Assembly: GCA_977020255.1 (NCBI GenBank)
Contig: CDROCS010006370.1
Coordinates: 1-64,000 of the forward strand
Direction of reading: 5' to 3'
Source of the DNA: Obrimoposthia wandeli
Taxonomy: Eukaryota
Length of the DNA stretch: 64,000 nucleotides
The position numbers and the translations under genes are program-made. Positions 1 to 30,335 of the stretch are shown here, piece by piece; positions within the stretch are counted from its first letter, which is position 1; each line of letters starts with the position of its first letter. The notes beneath the pieces are model-generated. The model made no database searches and was not told the DNA's origin. It worked only from the letters and a program-made list of their open reading frames with translations.

Positions 1-129
1 TCAAAAGTAGGAACACGCCTCTCGGAAAATAAGTGTTTTAGAAAATATAGAATTAATTAATAATGAAAAAATAGAAGACAATTCAATTGTAAAATTTGAA
101 ATTATTTTGATTAAATGATTATGAGAAAT

Positions 130-2942
130 CAAACTAAAATCATTGATGGAGAAATATGACGTAATTTTTGCAAAAATGAATATGACCTCGGACGAACAGA
201 TTTAATTAAACATAACCTGTTAACTATTAATACAGCAATCAAACAACGACCTTACTGTATCCCATACGCTTACAGAGAAGAAGCTCAAAAGACAGGTAAA
301 AAAGGAATGTTAGAGAATAAAATCATAAGAAGAAGTTTTTCAGCATAGACATCTCCAGTTGTTTGATAAAAAAGAAAGATGGTTCCAATTAAGATTTTGC
401 GTAGATTACAGAAAAAATTAAACGAGATCACACATAAAGACACATATCCGCTTCCAAGAATCGATGAAATCTTGGATAAACTAAAAAATGCAAAAATATT
501 TACAACCTTAGATTTACAAAGTGATATTGGCAGATAGAAATAGATGAATCAGATAAAGAAAAACAGCATTCTCAACAGGAGAAGGATTATACGAATTTAA
601 CGTTTTACCTTTGGATTAACAGTGCTCAGCAACATTTCAGAGATGCATGAGCCACATTTTGATGGATGCCGATCATGTCATGGTCTATATCGACGATATT
701 CTAATTTTTTTTCAAAAAAGTTTGAATATCATTTAAAAGATTTAGAAAAAGGTATTTCTTAGATTGAAAATAGCAGGTTTAAAATTAAAACCAAAAAAGT
801 GTAAATGGATGAAAGACAAAGTGAGAATTATCTAGGTCACGCAGTATCTGCAAAAGAATTCAACCAGATGAAAGTAATATAGAAAAAAATAAAGAATTTT
901 CAATCCCAAAACAGTAAAAAATATACAAAATTTTAGGACTTGCAGGGATATTATCCTAGATTTATCAGAAACTTTGCACAAATAGCAACACCATTAAACA
1001 AACTTATTAAAGGATGAAAGAAAAATTTGAATGGGGAAACGGAACAACAAGAGTCGTACAGTACTTAAAAACAAAAATTGATTGAAAAACCTATATTGAG
1101 ATATCCTAATTTCAACAACTCGTTTATAATAATGACTGACGCAAGTGAATGCGTTAGGAGCAGTACTAGGACAACAAGATAATAACGAAAAGATCATGTG
1201 ATAGCTTACGCAAGCAGTCTTAAAAAACACGAAATAAATTATTCAACAATAGAAAGAGAATGCCTCGCTATTTGTTTCGCAATGGAACATTTTAAACATT
1301 ACTTATTAGGTCAAAAAGTTCACGTTTATACTGATCAAAGACCATTACAGTGGCTACTAAATCATAAAGATACAACATCTGAATTAATGAGATGGGCGTT
1401 AATTCTCCAAAAATATGATATTGAAATCAAATATAGAAAAGGTAAATCAAATGCTAATGCAGATTGCCTATCTAGAACAGAAGAAGTAAATGTAATAAAT
1501 TCCAATGACACCGAATTAAATATTTTTACAATAATCAAGGCTCGATATGATGATAAAGTAATCACCGATCTTCAAAGAAAAGATACGGAATTACAACAAA
1601 TAATTAAAAGTACATCACCATCAATCAAGTTCCAACAGATGAAAAATTAAGAAAACATTTAAAATTCATGAATCTCGTTATAAATTCAGTAACAATATTT
1701 TTATTATTTAAACGATAAAAATCTGTACTCACTAGTTATACCTAAAGAAATACAATGCCAATTACTTTCAATATCATAACGGAGCTTTAGGAGGACATCT
1801 TTCAACAAAAAAGACACATTCGAGATTAAATTTAAAATATTATTGGATTGATATGAAAGAAGATGTAAAAAATTGGTGTAATACTTGTGAAATATGTCTT
1901 AAAAGAAAAAAGCACTTACATACCACAAAGATACCTTTAAAACCAATACTGTATCCATCGGCCCCATGGAAACTGTTTGCCATGGATGTAATGGGGCCAT
2001 TACCTGAAACACCCCGAGGAAATCGATATATAATAGTATTTTCGGATTATTTTACAAGATGGCCAGAGGCTTTCCCAACACATGATCATAGGCTGAAACC
2101 ATCGCGAAGGTTTTAGTCGAAAACATTATTTTTACTTTCGGTGCACCCCGAAATTATTAACCGACAAAGGTCCTGAATTTATAAATAATGTATTAGCATC
2201 AATAGCTGAAATCTTTCACATAAAAAAGATCAATACAACACCATATCACCCTCAAACCGACGGATTAGTAGAAAGATTTAATAGAACCCTCGAAGATATG
2301 ATGGCAACATACACAAACAACAACCAAACAGATTGGGATTTACACATACCCCCATGCCTTTTTGCATATAGAACATCAGTACATGCATCTACAGGAGAAA
2401 CACCTTTTTACCTTATGTTCCTCAGAGATCCTCAAATGCCTATTGATCTAACATTACTACAACCTACTACACAGTACCTAGAAATACCTGAATACAAAAT
2501 AGAAATTAGAGAAAGAATAAAACTAGCATTTGAAAAAGCTAAATTATTTGTAAAAAACATACAAGAAAATTACAAAGAATATTATGATAGAAGAACTAAG
2601 CCATCAAATATAAAAATCGGAAGTAAAGTAATGATTCACAATCCACAAATCAATGTAGGATTATCACACAAATTATCAAAACCATACAAAGGACCATATA
2701 CAGTTATAAGTACCAATGGAACTAACATAACAGCTAAACTCGACAATGAACCAAAATCAAAAGAAATAAGAACACATATAAACAGATGTCGAGAAATACC
2801 AGAGGAAAATATAAAAGTAAAAAATCACAAATATAACTTAAGATCAACTAACAATAATACTGTTCTACAAATGTTAACTATAAAAAACTCACAAAAACAA
2901 AACAAGACTAAATTGAGTCATCAAACTAGAAATACAATAAAA
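130..2942 (+). pseudogene. pol: Gypsy pol (RT, RNase H, integrase), frameshifted
   Basis: ORFs 1198-1650, 1853-2116 and 2298-3098, plus intervening frames, carry canonical RT, RNase H and integrase motifs. Confidence 0.92.
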
Positions 2943-4117
2943 ATGTCAATAAAAGAAATATGTAAAATAATGATATTATTAATAATATATTTTACAGTAA
3001 AAAGTAACATAATAAAAGTAAATGCTATAAACCTGAATGAAAATCAATTAATAGTAAAAGACGAAATACATAGATACGACTCATCAAACATCTCATAAAA
3101 AATTTTGGACTAATTACAATAATACCTGAAATCACATCAATAAAGTTAAAAATATCACTCTTTACAAAAAAATTAGGAAGAATTCAAATAATACAATCTG
3201 AAAAAAATCAAATAATAAATATTTACAAAATCGAATCAAAAAATTATATAATACCATTTTTAAGAACAGAAACACAATACAAAATAAGAGTTAAGTCAAA
3301 TTTAAAAAATATAACACTTTATGAAAGAATTATAGAAACTCACTTATACTTAGCCTCAATATTAAAAACAACAGCAAAATATATAACAAAACATCAAATC
3401 ATGATAAATTGGGACTTTCAACTTAAAATAGATAATTTAGATAAAACCCTCATTAGAATTAGATATAGAGGATATAATGATCATTTTTGGAAAGACGCAG
3501 AAAAACAATTAGAAAAAACACAAATCAGAACAAATATAACTATAAAAAATATAATATATCCAGAAAAAATAATTATGGATAATAGAGAATGTGTAATTAC
3601 TAACAAACCCATAATGTATAGACAATGGGGACAATAATTTGAGACTTGTAAAAACCTAACAAACTTAAGGATTTTAGGAAATAAAATATCCAAATTATAC
3701 CAACCTACGACTTTTTGTGGTCAATGGTCAGTAATTACAATTAGGAAATATATCAAAGAAACAACTATAAAACAAATACCACATACTACAACATTCACAA
3801 CAAAGACTTATGGAATTACAAATCAAAATAATATCACAGAAAATAAAACAATTAACAAAAAATTAAAAACAACAGAAACAATACTCTATAAATCATTTAA
3901 TAAAAGTCTAAAAATACACTTTAGTAAACAAAAATACTCAAAAAATATAAATAACAAGGAATTTTTTATAACAATCATAATAATCGAAACCTGCACATTA
4001 ATCATAAAAATAACATGGAAGATCATTAAAGTAAAAAATAACACAATTTTCAAGAATCATTATCGGACTAAGTATTGTGAACCACCTGGCCCATTTATGA
4101 CATCCATCATTCCTAGC
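2943..4117 (+). pseudogene. env-like ORF (signal peptide, C-terminal TM-like segment), degraded
   Basis: MSIKEICKIMILLIIYFTVKS hydrophobic leader follows the integrase in the same frame. The fragment at 3401-3637 is open. EFFITIIIIETCTLIIKITWK, a hydrophobic stretch followed by basic residues, lies at ~3960-4020. Position after pol is typical of env. Confidence 0.55.
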
Positions 4118-4276
4118 TCTTCAAACTCATCTAATGTGTCAATAAATACAATAATTGAGAATAATAAACAAAAAATAGAAAAATCTTTATAAAATTGTCA
4201 TAGAAAATACATGAATTGAAATACTAAAATAAAAACTAATCATAAAATAAAGTAATTATAATGTAGATAAAGGAAA

Positions 4277-4870
4277 GTGTATGTGTTTAGTTTAAATAGA
4301 AGATAGTAAAAAAGTAAACTTAAAAACTTATTAACATTTTAGAAAATGAGAAATTTAAAATTAGTACAAAATAATAGAAGAAGATATAAGAGACAGAAAA
4401 ATGGGAAAATAAATTGTTGATAGAGAATATAAATCTGAGATCGCATTTAAAAGACAACGAAATGGAATGTGAACGAATGAATAATGCTTTGACGTGGCAA
4501 TTGAAAGATTGGAACATAGCCAAACAAATAAGGAAATACTAGTAAAAGACTCAGAGAAGCGTTAAATTCACTAATATCCTTACGATCAATGGTGAATCAC
4601 TTGATGGGATTCCAACATATAGAAAGCGACGATTCTGGATGCGACAATTAGTAAATTTCCCAGTAAGTAGAGTAAAAATCATTTAAGAAAAGAACAAGAA
4701 TGAAATCAGAATTATGAGCATGTTTTTATTTTTTTTGAGAAATTGGTGTTTATTGAATGGGAAATAAAAATCACTTGAGTAAAAAACGATAAGTAAAAAT
4801 ATAATAGTGTTAAATAGTGATATAATGTAATGAAATAAACTTAATATCTGTAAATAAACATATTCTTACA
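4277..4870 (+). repeat. putative 3' LTR of the Gypsy element
   Basis: Purine tract AAGGAAAG directly before TGTA at 4277; ends AATAAA...TTCTTACA at 4870 (TGTA..TACA termini). The 5' LTR is not in the window, so this is unconfirmed. Confidence 0.4.
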
Positions 4871-5354
4871 TACTGTCATTTTAAAAACTCTTATTTTTTT
4901 TGTTGAACATTGAAACAAGAACACAATATGAAAATCAGACTTTAATTTTTGAGAACAATAATATTTTATTCTTGCATGAACTCTGACATCTTTATTTTTA
5001 TTTCTGATTGTGTGCTTTACAGATGGAACAATCAAGCTCAAACCCCCATTTGAATTGGCAGGTTGTTCCGCGGGGAAAGAGAGAAAAGTCAATAGTACTA
5101 GCAGATAAACGACCTGAAATGGCTAAAATGGCTAAATTCCTTTATGGAAAAATAAGACAATTCACCACTTTTTTCTTTCATAAATATGGCCATAAAACGT
5201 TTGAAAATCAAACACAACTTCCTAATAGGATTAAGCTCAGAGATACAATTAGAAGGAGCATAATCCTAAACTATAACAATAAAAAAAATCTACAGATAGA
5301 AGACTGTTAGATATTATTAAACCCATCCCAACATGCACAGATATTGAAATCCAT

Positions 5355-6158
5355 ATGGCAAAGGGCCGCGGTTTCTTACGGCATAATAAATGCAAAAAGT
5401 TTAGCATTCTCCTTTTACAAAATCATTCCTATAGAATAAAATGGCACCAAGTCACACCAGACTATAAAATTCACTTACCCAATGGCCATAATATATTATT
5501 CATAGAGCAAAACATCCAACCCAAACCTGTTCAAGTTTGCCACTTAACAGTCACCCCCACTAGTCCACAGTTATTTTTTGTCGATTGCGAAATGGTGAGA
5601 AAAATGAATAATCAACAAACCTTAGCCAGTATCACCATAATGGACAAAAGTGGAAAAATCATATTAGACACACTATGCAATAGCCGAGACAGAATCAGGT
5701 CTTACGTCACATTTAAGACGGGACTAACCGAGAATAAACTGAGAAACCAACCTGATTCTAAGGAGATAGTAAAACATGTTCAGTCTTTATTAAGAGGCAA
5801 CATCTTCGTTGGAACGGGAATTGCTAACGACCTAAAAGTTTTAGGATTGAAAAAAGATGATTTTTCATAGATTGTGGACTTGGGCGCAACAAAAATCATT
5901 CAACAAGATATGAATCGTCGTGAACAGGCGGGATTAGCAGGAATGGTTAAATTCTTTTTTAATAAGATCATCCAAAAAGATACCCACTCTAGCCTAGAAG
6001 ATACCACATGGACTAGACAAATTTTCCTTTTTAAAGAACAAGAACTGCTAAAAGAATGTGGTTTGACCGTCTCTTTTCCCCGCGTAACCAACGCTAATTT
6101 TCCTGTCTTAACCGAGGTTATAGATCTCACCTCCTCTGATTCCGAGGATGATGATTAG
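5355..6158 (+). pseudogene. intronless DEDDh 3'-5' exonuclease, REX4/ISG20-like, with one in-frame TAG
   Basis: ExoI FFVDCEMV, ExoII FVGTGIANDLKVL and ExoIII HSSLED. ORFs 5355-5870 and 5874-6158 are in one frame, split by TAG at 5868-5870. Upstream ORF 5008-5310 may be a frameshifted N-terminal part. Confidence 0.85.
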
Positions 6159-6522
6159 TGGTAGGAATTTTTTTTTTGTTCGTCAAAGTGTTTCGAGAGA
6201 AATCAGGATAAATGAAGTTTTTTAAAAAAGTAAACACTACTAAGTTAGTCGCATTGTGGTTGATTTTTTTCGAGACACTAAAGAAAAAATAGATGTTTTT
6301 TCTTGCCTGAGTATGCTCAACGTTATATGATATTATTTTACTTACAGAACTCGTGTTTGGTAACAATAATTGATGTGTAATAAATATATATATATAATCT
6401 TTTAGATAAACAATTACCAAAAAACTATAACAGTTTATTTTCATTTAATTACAACGTCAGAGGTCTGACTTGGTTTTCCCCCATAGGATTGTTGGGTTGT
6501 TAATTAAAATAATTAATTTTTG

Positions 6523-6930
6523 TCAATTTAATTTGATATTTAAAAGTAATCTAAAATGCCCACAATTAGGGAGGTTTTCAAATTCAGCCTCCGACGGGGT
6601 GGTCCCGTTTCGCCTTGCCAGGCTCATCAGGAAGGCGGCATGATAACAGGATGAGACGCAATGTTTTTCCGCCCAGCAATAGCAGCAGATGCGGCGGCGG
6701 TCTGCCCTTTCTCGGCCGGCGACGGGTCTGGTCCGGCTCCTCCACCATCTATCCCTGAACGGTGACAGCCTAGGCCGACACACGGCATCTCCCTCTGTGA
6801 AGTTCAGCAGTCTAATTGTACCAATCGAATTGACTGTCGTCTCCCTGAAGCCCTCCAGCGCGGTGGCGTCTGCTACCGAGTAGGCGGTCGATCTAACTTG
6901 TCCGTGCACTTCACACCGATTTTGACATGT
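6523..6930 (-). CDS. GC-rich possible exon/ORF of unknown product; contains a CX2CX4HX4C pattern
   Basis: GC-rich island in AT-rich DNA; 128-aa open frame containing CCYCWAEKHCVSSC. The true frame and strand are uncertain. Confidence 0.25.
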   Translation of the reverse strand, partial: TCQNRCEVHGQVRSTAYSVADATALEGFRETTVNSIGTIRLLNFTEGDAVCRPRLSPFRDRWWRSRTRPVAGRERADRRRICCYCWAEKHCVSSCYHAAFLMSLARRNGTTPSEAEFENLPNCGHFRLLLNIKLN

Positions 6931-7763
6931 GTTTTGTTGATGTGACGCTTATTTTTCTATGCTTGAATGCATGTGTATTTTTGTGTGACAACAATTTTAT
7001 AAAATTATGTACATTTATAACGTGTTAAGATAGTTAAGTCAGTAGGTAATGATAATTCAATATGTTTGTGATTAAATCACCTTTATCTTTGTAACCAGAA
7101 ATTAATGATTTGGTAAATAAGCCCTGTCCCAGTATTGATTTGTCTGCTATTGTGCTGTTTTCTGCTTGACACATAGTTGTGTTACAGAACTGTGAATGTC
7201 ATGGTTGCGGATCAGAGAAGTGCAAATTCACTTAGCTATCCGGCGGCCTCGATATTTCATGAATCTATAAATAGACAACAGTGATCATGTTTCCCTCTGC
7301 TCAGATGCGATACTACAATCTGTTGGCCTGTGGGCATGCGGGATTTTATCGTGCTTCCAGTTGGCAGGCAGCATACCTCCATGTGATTTGCATCCGACTG
7401 CCACTGCTGCAGCAGCAATAACAGCCATTCTCCCTGTGTTTGTGTGACCTCAATTATCGATCAGTGACTTAGACTTGGAATATATACATGTGCTGATCGA
7501 ATTAAATGGACAGAAACAGTGGCCAAACATTTGGGAAAAACAATATTACAAATTGCAATTTGTGAACACTGAAAAAATAGACAAATTATTAATTAACAAT
7601 TCGGATCCATAATTATCGAAATATTTTCTGAAACAAGGTTTTCAGTTAATACAATACCTTAGTACTTTTGATCTTTTGATATTCTTCGATACTATCTATT
7701 ACACAGGCATAAGTGAACGTGTTCAACAAAGTCGTATAACTTCCGTTAATCATAAGCTATATT

Positions 7764-8339
7764 AGTAGGTGGATGTGTCCGGTCTAATACACCCCCTCCC
7801 CCCAGGGGGAGTTACCACTGTCCTTTAAAACCCTGCATGGGTGTGGAGTGAAATTTCGTGTATGTGGGTGGAGTGAAATTTCGTGTATATGTGTGGAGTG
7901 AAATTTCGTGGATGTGTGTGGAGTGAAATTTCGTGGATGTGAGTGGAGTGAATTTTTCTAACCCCCCCCCAACATCCTAAAAACTAATTAACCCCATTTA
8001 ACGACCTTTAAAAATTGAAAATCTCATAGTGCTCCCAAAGAGTGAGGAAGTGCCTGGGGGCCATCTAAGGGCCAACGCGTGCCCTTCGGGCCCGCGGTGG
8101 CCTGACGAGCAATACATATATACATGGTTAACAAAAACATAAATTTAGACCAAAATCGGTCTAAAACAAACCTAATAAAAACACACAATGACCTACTTAT
8201 GAATTTGACTCTCAAAAATCATGTGTACTATAAGAAAATTTGACCTACTTTTGACATTGACCTTAAAAGATGGACGTTCTAAAGTGCATTTTTTTAGAAT
8301 TATAGCTAGGAGTGGCGCTAGTCCTTACCTCTCCCTACT
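7764..8339. mobile_element. 576-bp non-autonomous Maverick-related mini-element
   Basis: Begins AGTAGG, ends CCTACT; flanks TATATT / CATATT (5/6 TSD). Internal ACTGTCCTTTAAAAC..TGCATG.GT.TGGAG.GAAATTT matches the Maverick left end at ~52747-52787. Confidence 0.7.
7843..7956 (+). repeat. 25-bp tandem repeat x5 (GTGGAGTGAAATTTCGTG.AT.TG.)
   Basis: Units start at 7843, 7868, 7893, 7918 and 7943 (last copy partial). Confidence 0.95.
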
Positions 8340-11300
8340 CATATTATATTTATTTAACAAAATAAATTAAAGCTAATTGATATTAAAAGTGGAGTCAAAC
8401 AAGGGTACCAGTTGTCAATGACGCTTTTATGTTTGTCCATCGACTATATCCTCCCCGTCAGTCAACAGTTGAGTCTTTGCATCAACATCTACAACTGCTC
8501 ATTTACTACTCTATCGTATGCAAAAATGACATCGTGGTTCTATCGAACTGATACTACGAAAGGGAAACTCTGGTTGAGAAAATTGCCGAGCTAGCCCCTC
8601 GGGACACCTGATATTTAGACCGACCAAGTGTGAATATTAAAACAACATAGCTGAAAATACGCAGTCACTTTCACCATATAAACATTCTCACAAACTTTCA
8701 GAACACCAGAAAGAGAAACCAAGAACAATTTAAAGAATTCGTCAAGAACCAACAGAGGAAAACAAACTACAGAATTAGTTTACATAAATATGTCTAGAAG
8801 CTCTAGGAGGCTAGGACGAAGCTAATTATAAAGTATCACTTAATTTAATATATAACAACAAGGAAATTCTGCAACTGTCACTCAATTGCGGAAGAATTGC
8901 ATTTGAAGAATCAAATAAAATTTACAAAGCTCACCTGCTGCACATGTAGTATCTGACGCAACTAGGATAAATGAGATGGTGAGTTAGAGAAGAATATGTT
9001 GCTTCTTCTGGTTCAGTAGAAATCAGAGATTGCTGTGGCATTTGTGCTTGATTAATATATTTTAAAATTGAAAAAAAAATTTTAAATAAAATAATTCCTT
9101 TATAAAATCATTTTTGAATACCATGTTCTTATTCGACGATAAATAGTTACTATCTTGATTATTTTTCATTCTTGGTCAGAAGGTAATGTATATAAGGGGA
9201 ACTGTCATCATTATTTTTTCATATATTATGCCTCGCCACAATAAAGTTAATTTGGATGCCTAGTTCAAAGATAAATTATATGGAAACCTCTCCAGGGCAA
9301 CGATAAACTTCATCACCGTTAAAGTATATCGATAAACATAGTCAAAGCTTGATGGACCTTGGCAAACCTAACCACCTCGACACTAGCAGCACTATTGCCA
9401 TCAACAGAATGAGAAAGGATAGAGAGCTCCCAATATATCGATCTGATTAATAAAAAGTGTATAAAAGATTTGAGACTGTACTCCTCAACAGAACTTTGCT
9501 AAAGTTACCTGTCTCTCAACTTTAGCGAAAGCAGGGAGGAGATCCACAAGATCTGCGGTACCAATGAGAAAGAGGAGCAACCTCTTCAATTTTTCCGAGG
9601 CATCTATCAAATGTCAATGCCAATGGCATTTGATTCCATTGTCTCAATTAAAGACGGTTCTCGCGTCAGACTCGAACGAAAACTTATTCAGTGACCATGA
9701 AGCTTACAAGCCTGAAGATTCTGTAAGTTATCTGCTAGTAACACATAAAGAGCCCGAGGAGGAGTAAGATTTGATTCTGTTCCTTGAGGATTTGTACGGC
9801 GTTAGACCGACTCTTTCAACAAATGCAGTAGAACAAGCATCTGAGTCTGAACATAAAATATCGCACCTCAGATTGTGGCATCTGGCTTTCTTTCAATATT
9901 GCGACTCCGTTGAAAGCCATTAAGTGTTTGGAAAGACGGTCTCTTAATACCATTAGCTATCACACGTTGAACTTCAAATTCACCGTCAGACTGTGAATCA
10001 GACGAATTCACACTACATAATATATATTCTTCAAGCAGTTTGTCGTTATCAATACCACCGTCAGTTATAACTTTGTCATTATAAATATCATCTTCTCATT
10101 GTAGTTTCTTCTCTCTCTCTACTTGCATAATGTCGTTAATATCAGCTTTACCAAAATCATATTCCTAGGTTTTCAGAACATTTAACACCAGAGCTGGCTT
10201 CTCTTCGAGGTAGATCTCTTCGGGCCATTATCATCATCATCCAGTCTAAGAGACTATTGGATTGAATTAACTTTAGATGTAGTCAACTACAAATTATTTA
10301 ATTGTAAAGTATTGGGTATTCTTGACTATGTAAAATTATCTATATAGATAATTAGTAGGATACTTATTGATTGATATAACCTACTATGGATGTAAAAAAG
10401 CTGTCAGATTACAAAAGATTCCAAACAACGAAAAATCGTCAGTGGAATTTATTAATGGCATTGATCGTCGTATAAGTTTCGTATAGTCAATTCCCATTAA
10501 CTTACATGATATGCATTAAAAAAGTTCATAGCGCAAACAGCTGATTTGATAAAATAAAAACGAACTTATGTTTGAAATCGGGGCATAAAACTGAATCAGA
10601 TAGAATTCAAACGCGAAAATCGTATTTTATAGTGTTTTTTGTTAAAATTAGCTGAAGTCATAAGCTGCTGATTTTTATGATTTTATTTTTGAATTAACAA
10701 CAAACTTGTTTCTTGATATTTCCCAAAACCTTACAAATTACATAAACGATCAAAAACAGATAAAGAAATATAATTGTTTTCTCCTACGAATTAAGAAATG
10801 GTGAAATTTAACATTCAATTTAAAAAGAATCTGAGTATTTTTGTTGCTTTTACTAAAAAACAAAATTTTAAAGACTTTACTTTACTATTAGTATTAATTA
10901 ATAAAATACCGTAAAATTTGTAAAAATATTTCTTCATCAATCCTGTTAGCTAAAAAGCTTGTTAAACAAAATATTTGCTGAATAAGCATCTGTTGTAATT
11001 TTAGAAGTTATATTTAGATATTTTGCCCCAACTGTTTTCTTGTTTACGTACAAAATGTATAGTGGATGTTTTCACAACATATTTCACCAAAATATTGCAG
11101 AATCTTTAGCTATGTTTTTCTTAATTGAAAAAATCTCAAACAAACTTAAAAATGCAAGGATTATTTAATATAGTTTTCATACAAAAATTTTCAAATTTTT
11201 CTATGGATTCCGATCAAAAACTTTGCATTAAATTGCTTTATAATTTATTTTATATTATTAATAAATTTGCCAAATGCAATGCTAACAAAGAAATTAAATT

Positions 11301-11515
11301 TAACAAAATTCAATGGTATTCTCATTTATGCACTTACACCTGATACACACTTTAATATTGAATGTATTAACTAATGTGTATTATGAGGTCACTTCTCTAT
11401 TGTTTTCAAAAATGTTAAATTTTTTTGAGTGTATGTGATTTGTTTGACTGTATTGAAACTGTATAAATAAATCTTTCAATTTTCTGAATTTTGTTTATTC
11501 TAAATTTACGCCAAA

Positions 11516-28607
<17,092 letters not shown>

Positions 28608-30335
28608 CAGCATTGCCATTCTCCATATTTCTCTCTATCTCTTCATCGTGCTCAAATAAACGAATCTGCGGATTAAACTGCTGCTAACCTACTTGTTTTA
28701 TTCTGTACGAATTATCACTTGATATTTGTTATTACTGCTACTTAGAATCCACCTGGATCTTGTAACACTTTCTTACACAATATATGTCTTCGAGTTGATA
28801 GTCTCGTCTTCTATCTTAGAGCATTTTCATTTGGGCTTCTGATGCTCAGAATACAGAAACGTCCTGTTAATTCATTAAATATTATATATATTAAAGTGCT
28901 CGAAGTAATGCCCATTAAAATATTACAATTCTTTTTTAATGTTATACAAAAAAATCATGTGATCTCAATTTTTTAAACCAGTTCCTGGCAACATAAAAAC
29001 ATTACAGGGTCAAAATTAAACTTAAACCACAAAAATGTTTTTCAATTTTTAGCATATCAATACGAAACATGCATTTTAAGTGCGAAGGGTACCTCACTAA
29101 CTTGGATAATACTCATGGAATATTTTATTTAATAAAGAAACAGAAAACTTGCATAAATTAAGCTGAATTTGTTCACAAAAATGTCCAAGCGAGTTTTTGT
29201 TATTCAAACTTTAAGCATATAGATTGTCTTATCTTCGCATGTTTGAATTTCATTAAAGATTGGAGTTATTGTATTGGAGTCCCAATTGACAATGAAAAAA
29301 GCATTTAATAATATTTAGCTTATTAATTCAAATTTATTTTTCTTATATCATTGAAAAATCACATTTATATTTAAATTTTTTACATATAAATAAAAGAATT
29401 AAATTACATAAAGATTAAAAATAATAGTATTATTGTCCGAAATTTTCCCTTATTATTTTTTGGCCGTAAATTCATTTTTACTTTTTACAGCAATTCATTA
29501 AATTAAAAATTTTAGAACTTAAACAATTTCACCTGTTAAAGTAACTCTAAAATTCTTGGAATTAAACTCAGATTTGAGATTCAATTATTGAATAAGAATT
29601 ATACGTCTATTAAAAATGAATTTTTTTAGTTTCCTACCTGTGTTGTATGTAACTTCAAACTGAAGTTTAAATTTTGAATAAATAATGACTAAAATCTCTG
29701 AAAAATATAAATATTACAGATAGTCAGATACACGCAAATGTATTGTGGAAAAGTCTCCTTTATTTTCGATGATATATTTTTTTGGTTGATTAAAATAGCC
29801 CTTTATTGTTTGTATCGTTTGAACCGCACAACATAAAACAAAAAATGGATTGGAAAAATTGTTTGATAACATAATTTTATACAAAAAAATTACCAAGAAA
29901 TGAATTCTGAGGATAAAATAAATTTGGTGGTTATGAGAATTGGCGGGTTGGAGGGAGAATACTGTATTTTGAAATTGGTGTTATTTTGAAATTATTTAAG
30001 CTTTTAAGCATTTAAAATAATTTTGTCGATCGAATTAAGAATTTATAAATAAAATTGTTAAACAAAGTTAACTAAATTTTCACTATCAAACTTAACTTTT
30101 ATGCTATTTATTGTATACTAATAAATATTTATAATTAAAAATCAATTATAATCAGAAGAAGGTCAAAATAACACAGAATGTATACTTTTAGTTATCAACA
30201 GTGTATTGGTTATAATTTTATTATATGTTAAATCACAGAAACCAAATTAATATTTTGTCCAGATAATTCAATCAAGCTCAAATCAATACAAATAATATTC
30301 CATCATCCGAAGAGTAGTCCAATAGCAGCAGAACT

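Larger units (their letters stand above)
1..4870 (+). mobile_element. Ty3/Gypsy LTR retrotransposon, degraded, 5' part outside window (pol + env-like + putative 3' LTR)
   Basis: Order RT-RNaseH-integrase: [22 protein letters not shown] (~445-525), VYIDDIL (~685), MTDAS RNase H (~1130), YSTIERECLAI, integrase MDVMGPLP / DGLVERFNRTL and KPYKGPY (GPY/F) motif. Many stops and frameshifts. Confidence 0.92.

Noticed and set aside
4871-4890. TACTGTCATTTTAAAAAC resembles the Maverick subterminal TACTGTCCTTTAAAAC, hinting that the exonuclease belongs to a Maverick-related element
   Set aside because: Short, AT-rich and imperfect match; no AGTAGG/CCTACT terminus or TSD found around the exonuclease.
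5868-5870. Stop-codon reassignment or programmed readthrough explaining TAG/TAA in element ORFs
   Set aside because: The host actinin reads cleanly in the standard code; stops co-occur with frameshifts, as expected for neutral decay.
7843-7956. Regular repeats as a CRISPR-like array (also the 43.8-kb and 62.3-kb repeats)
   Set aside because: No unique spacers, eukaryotic context and no cas genes.
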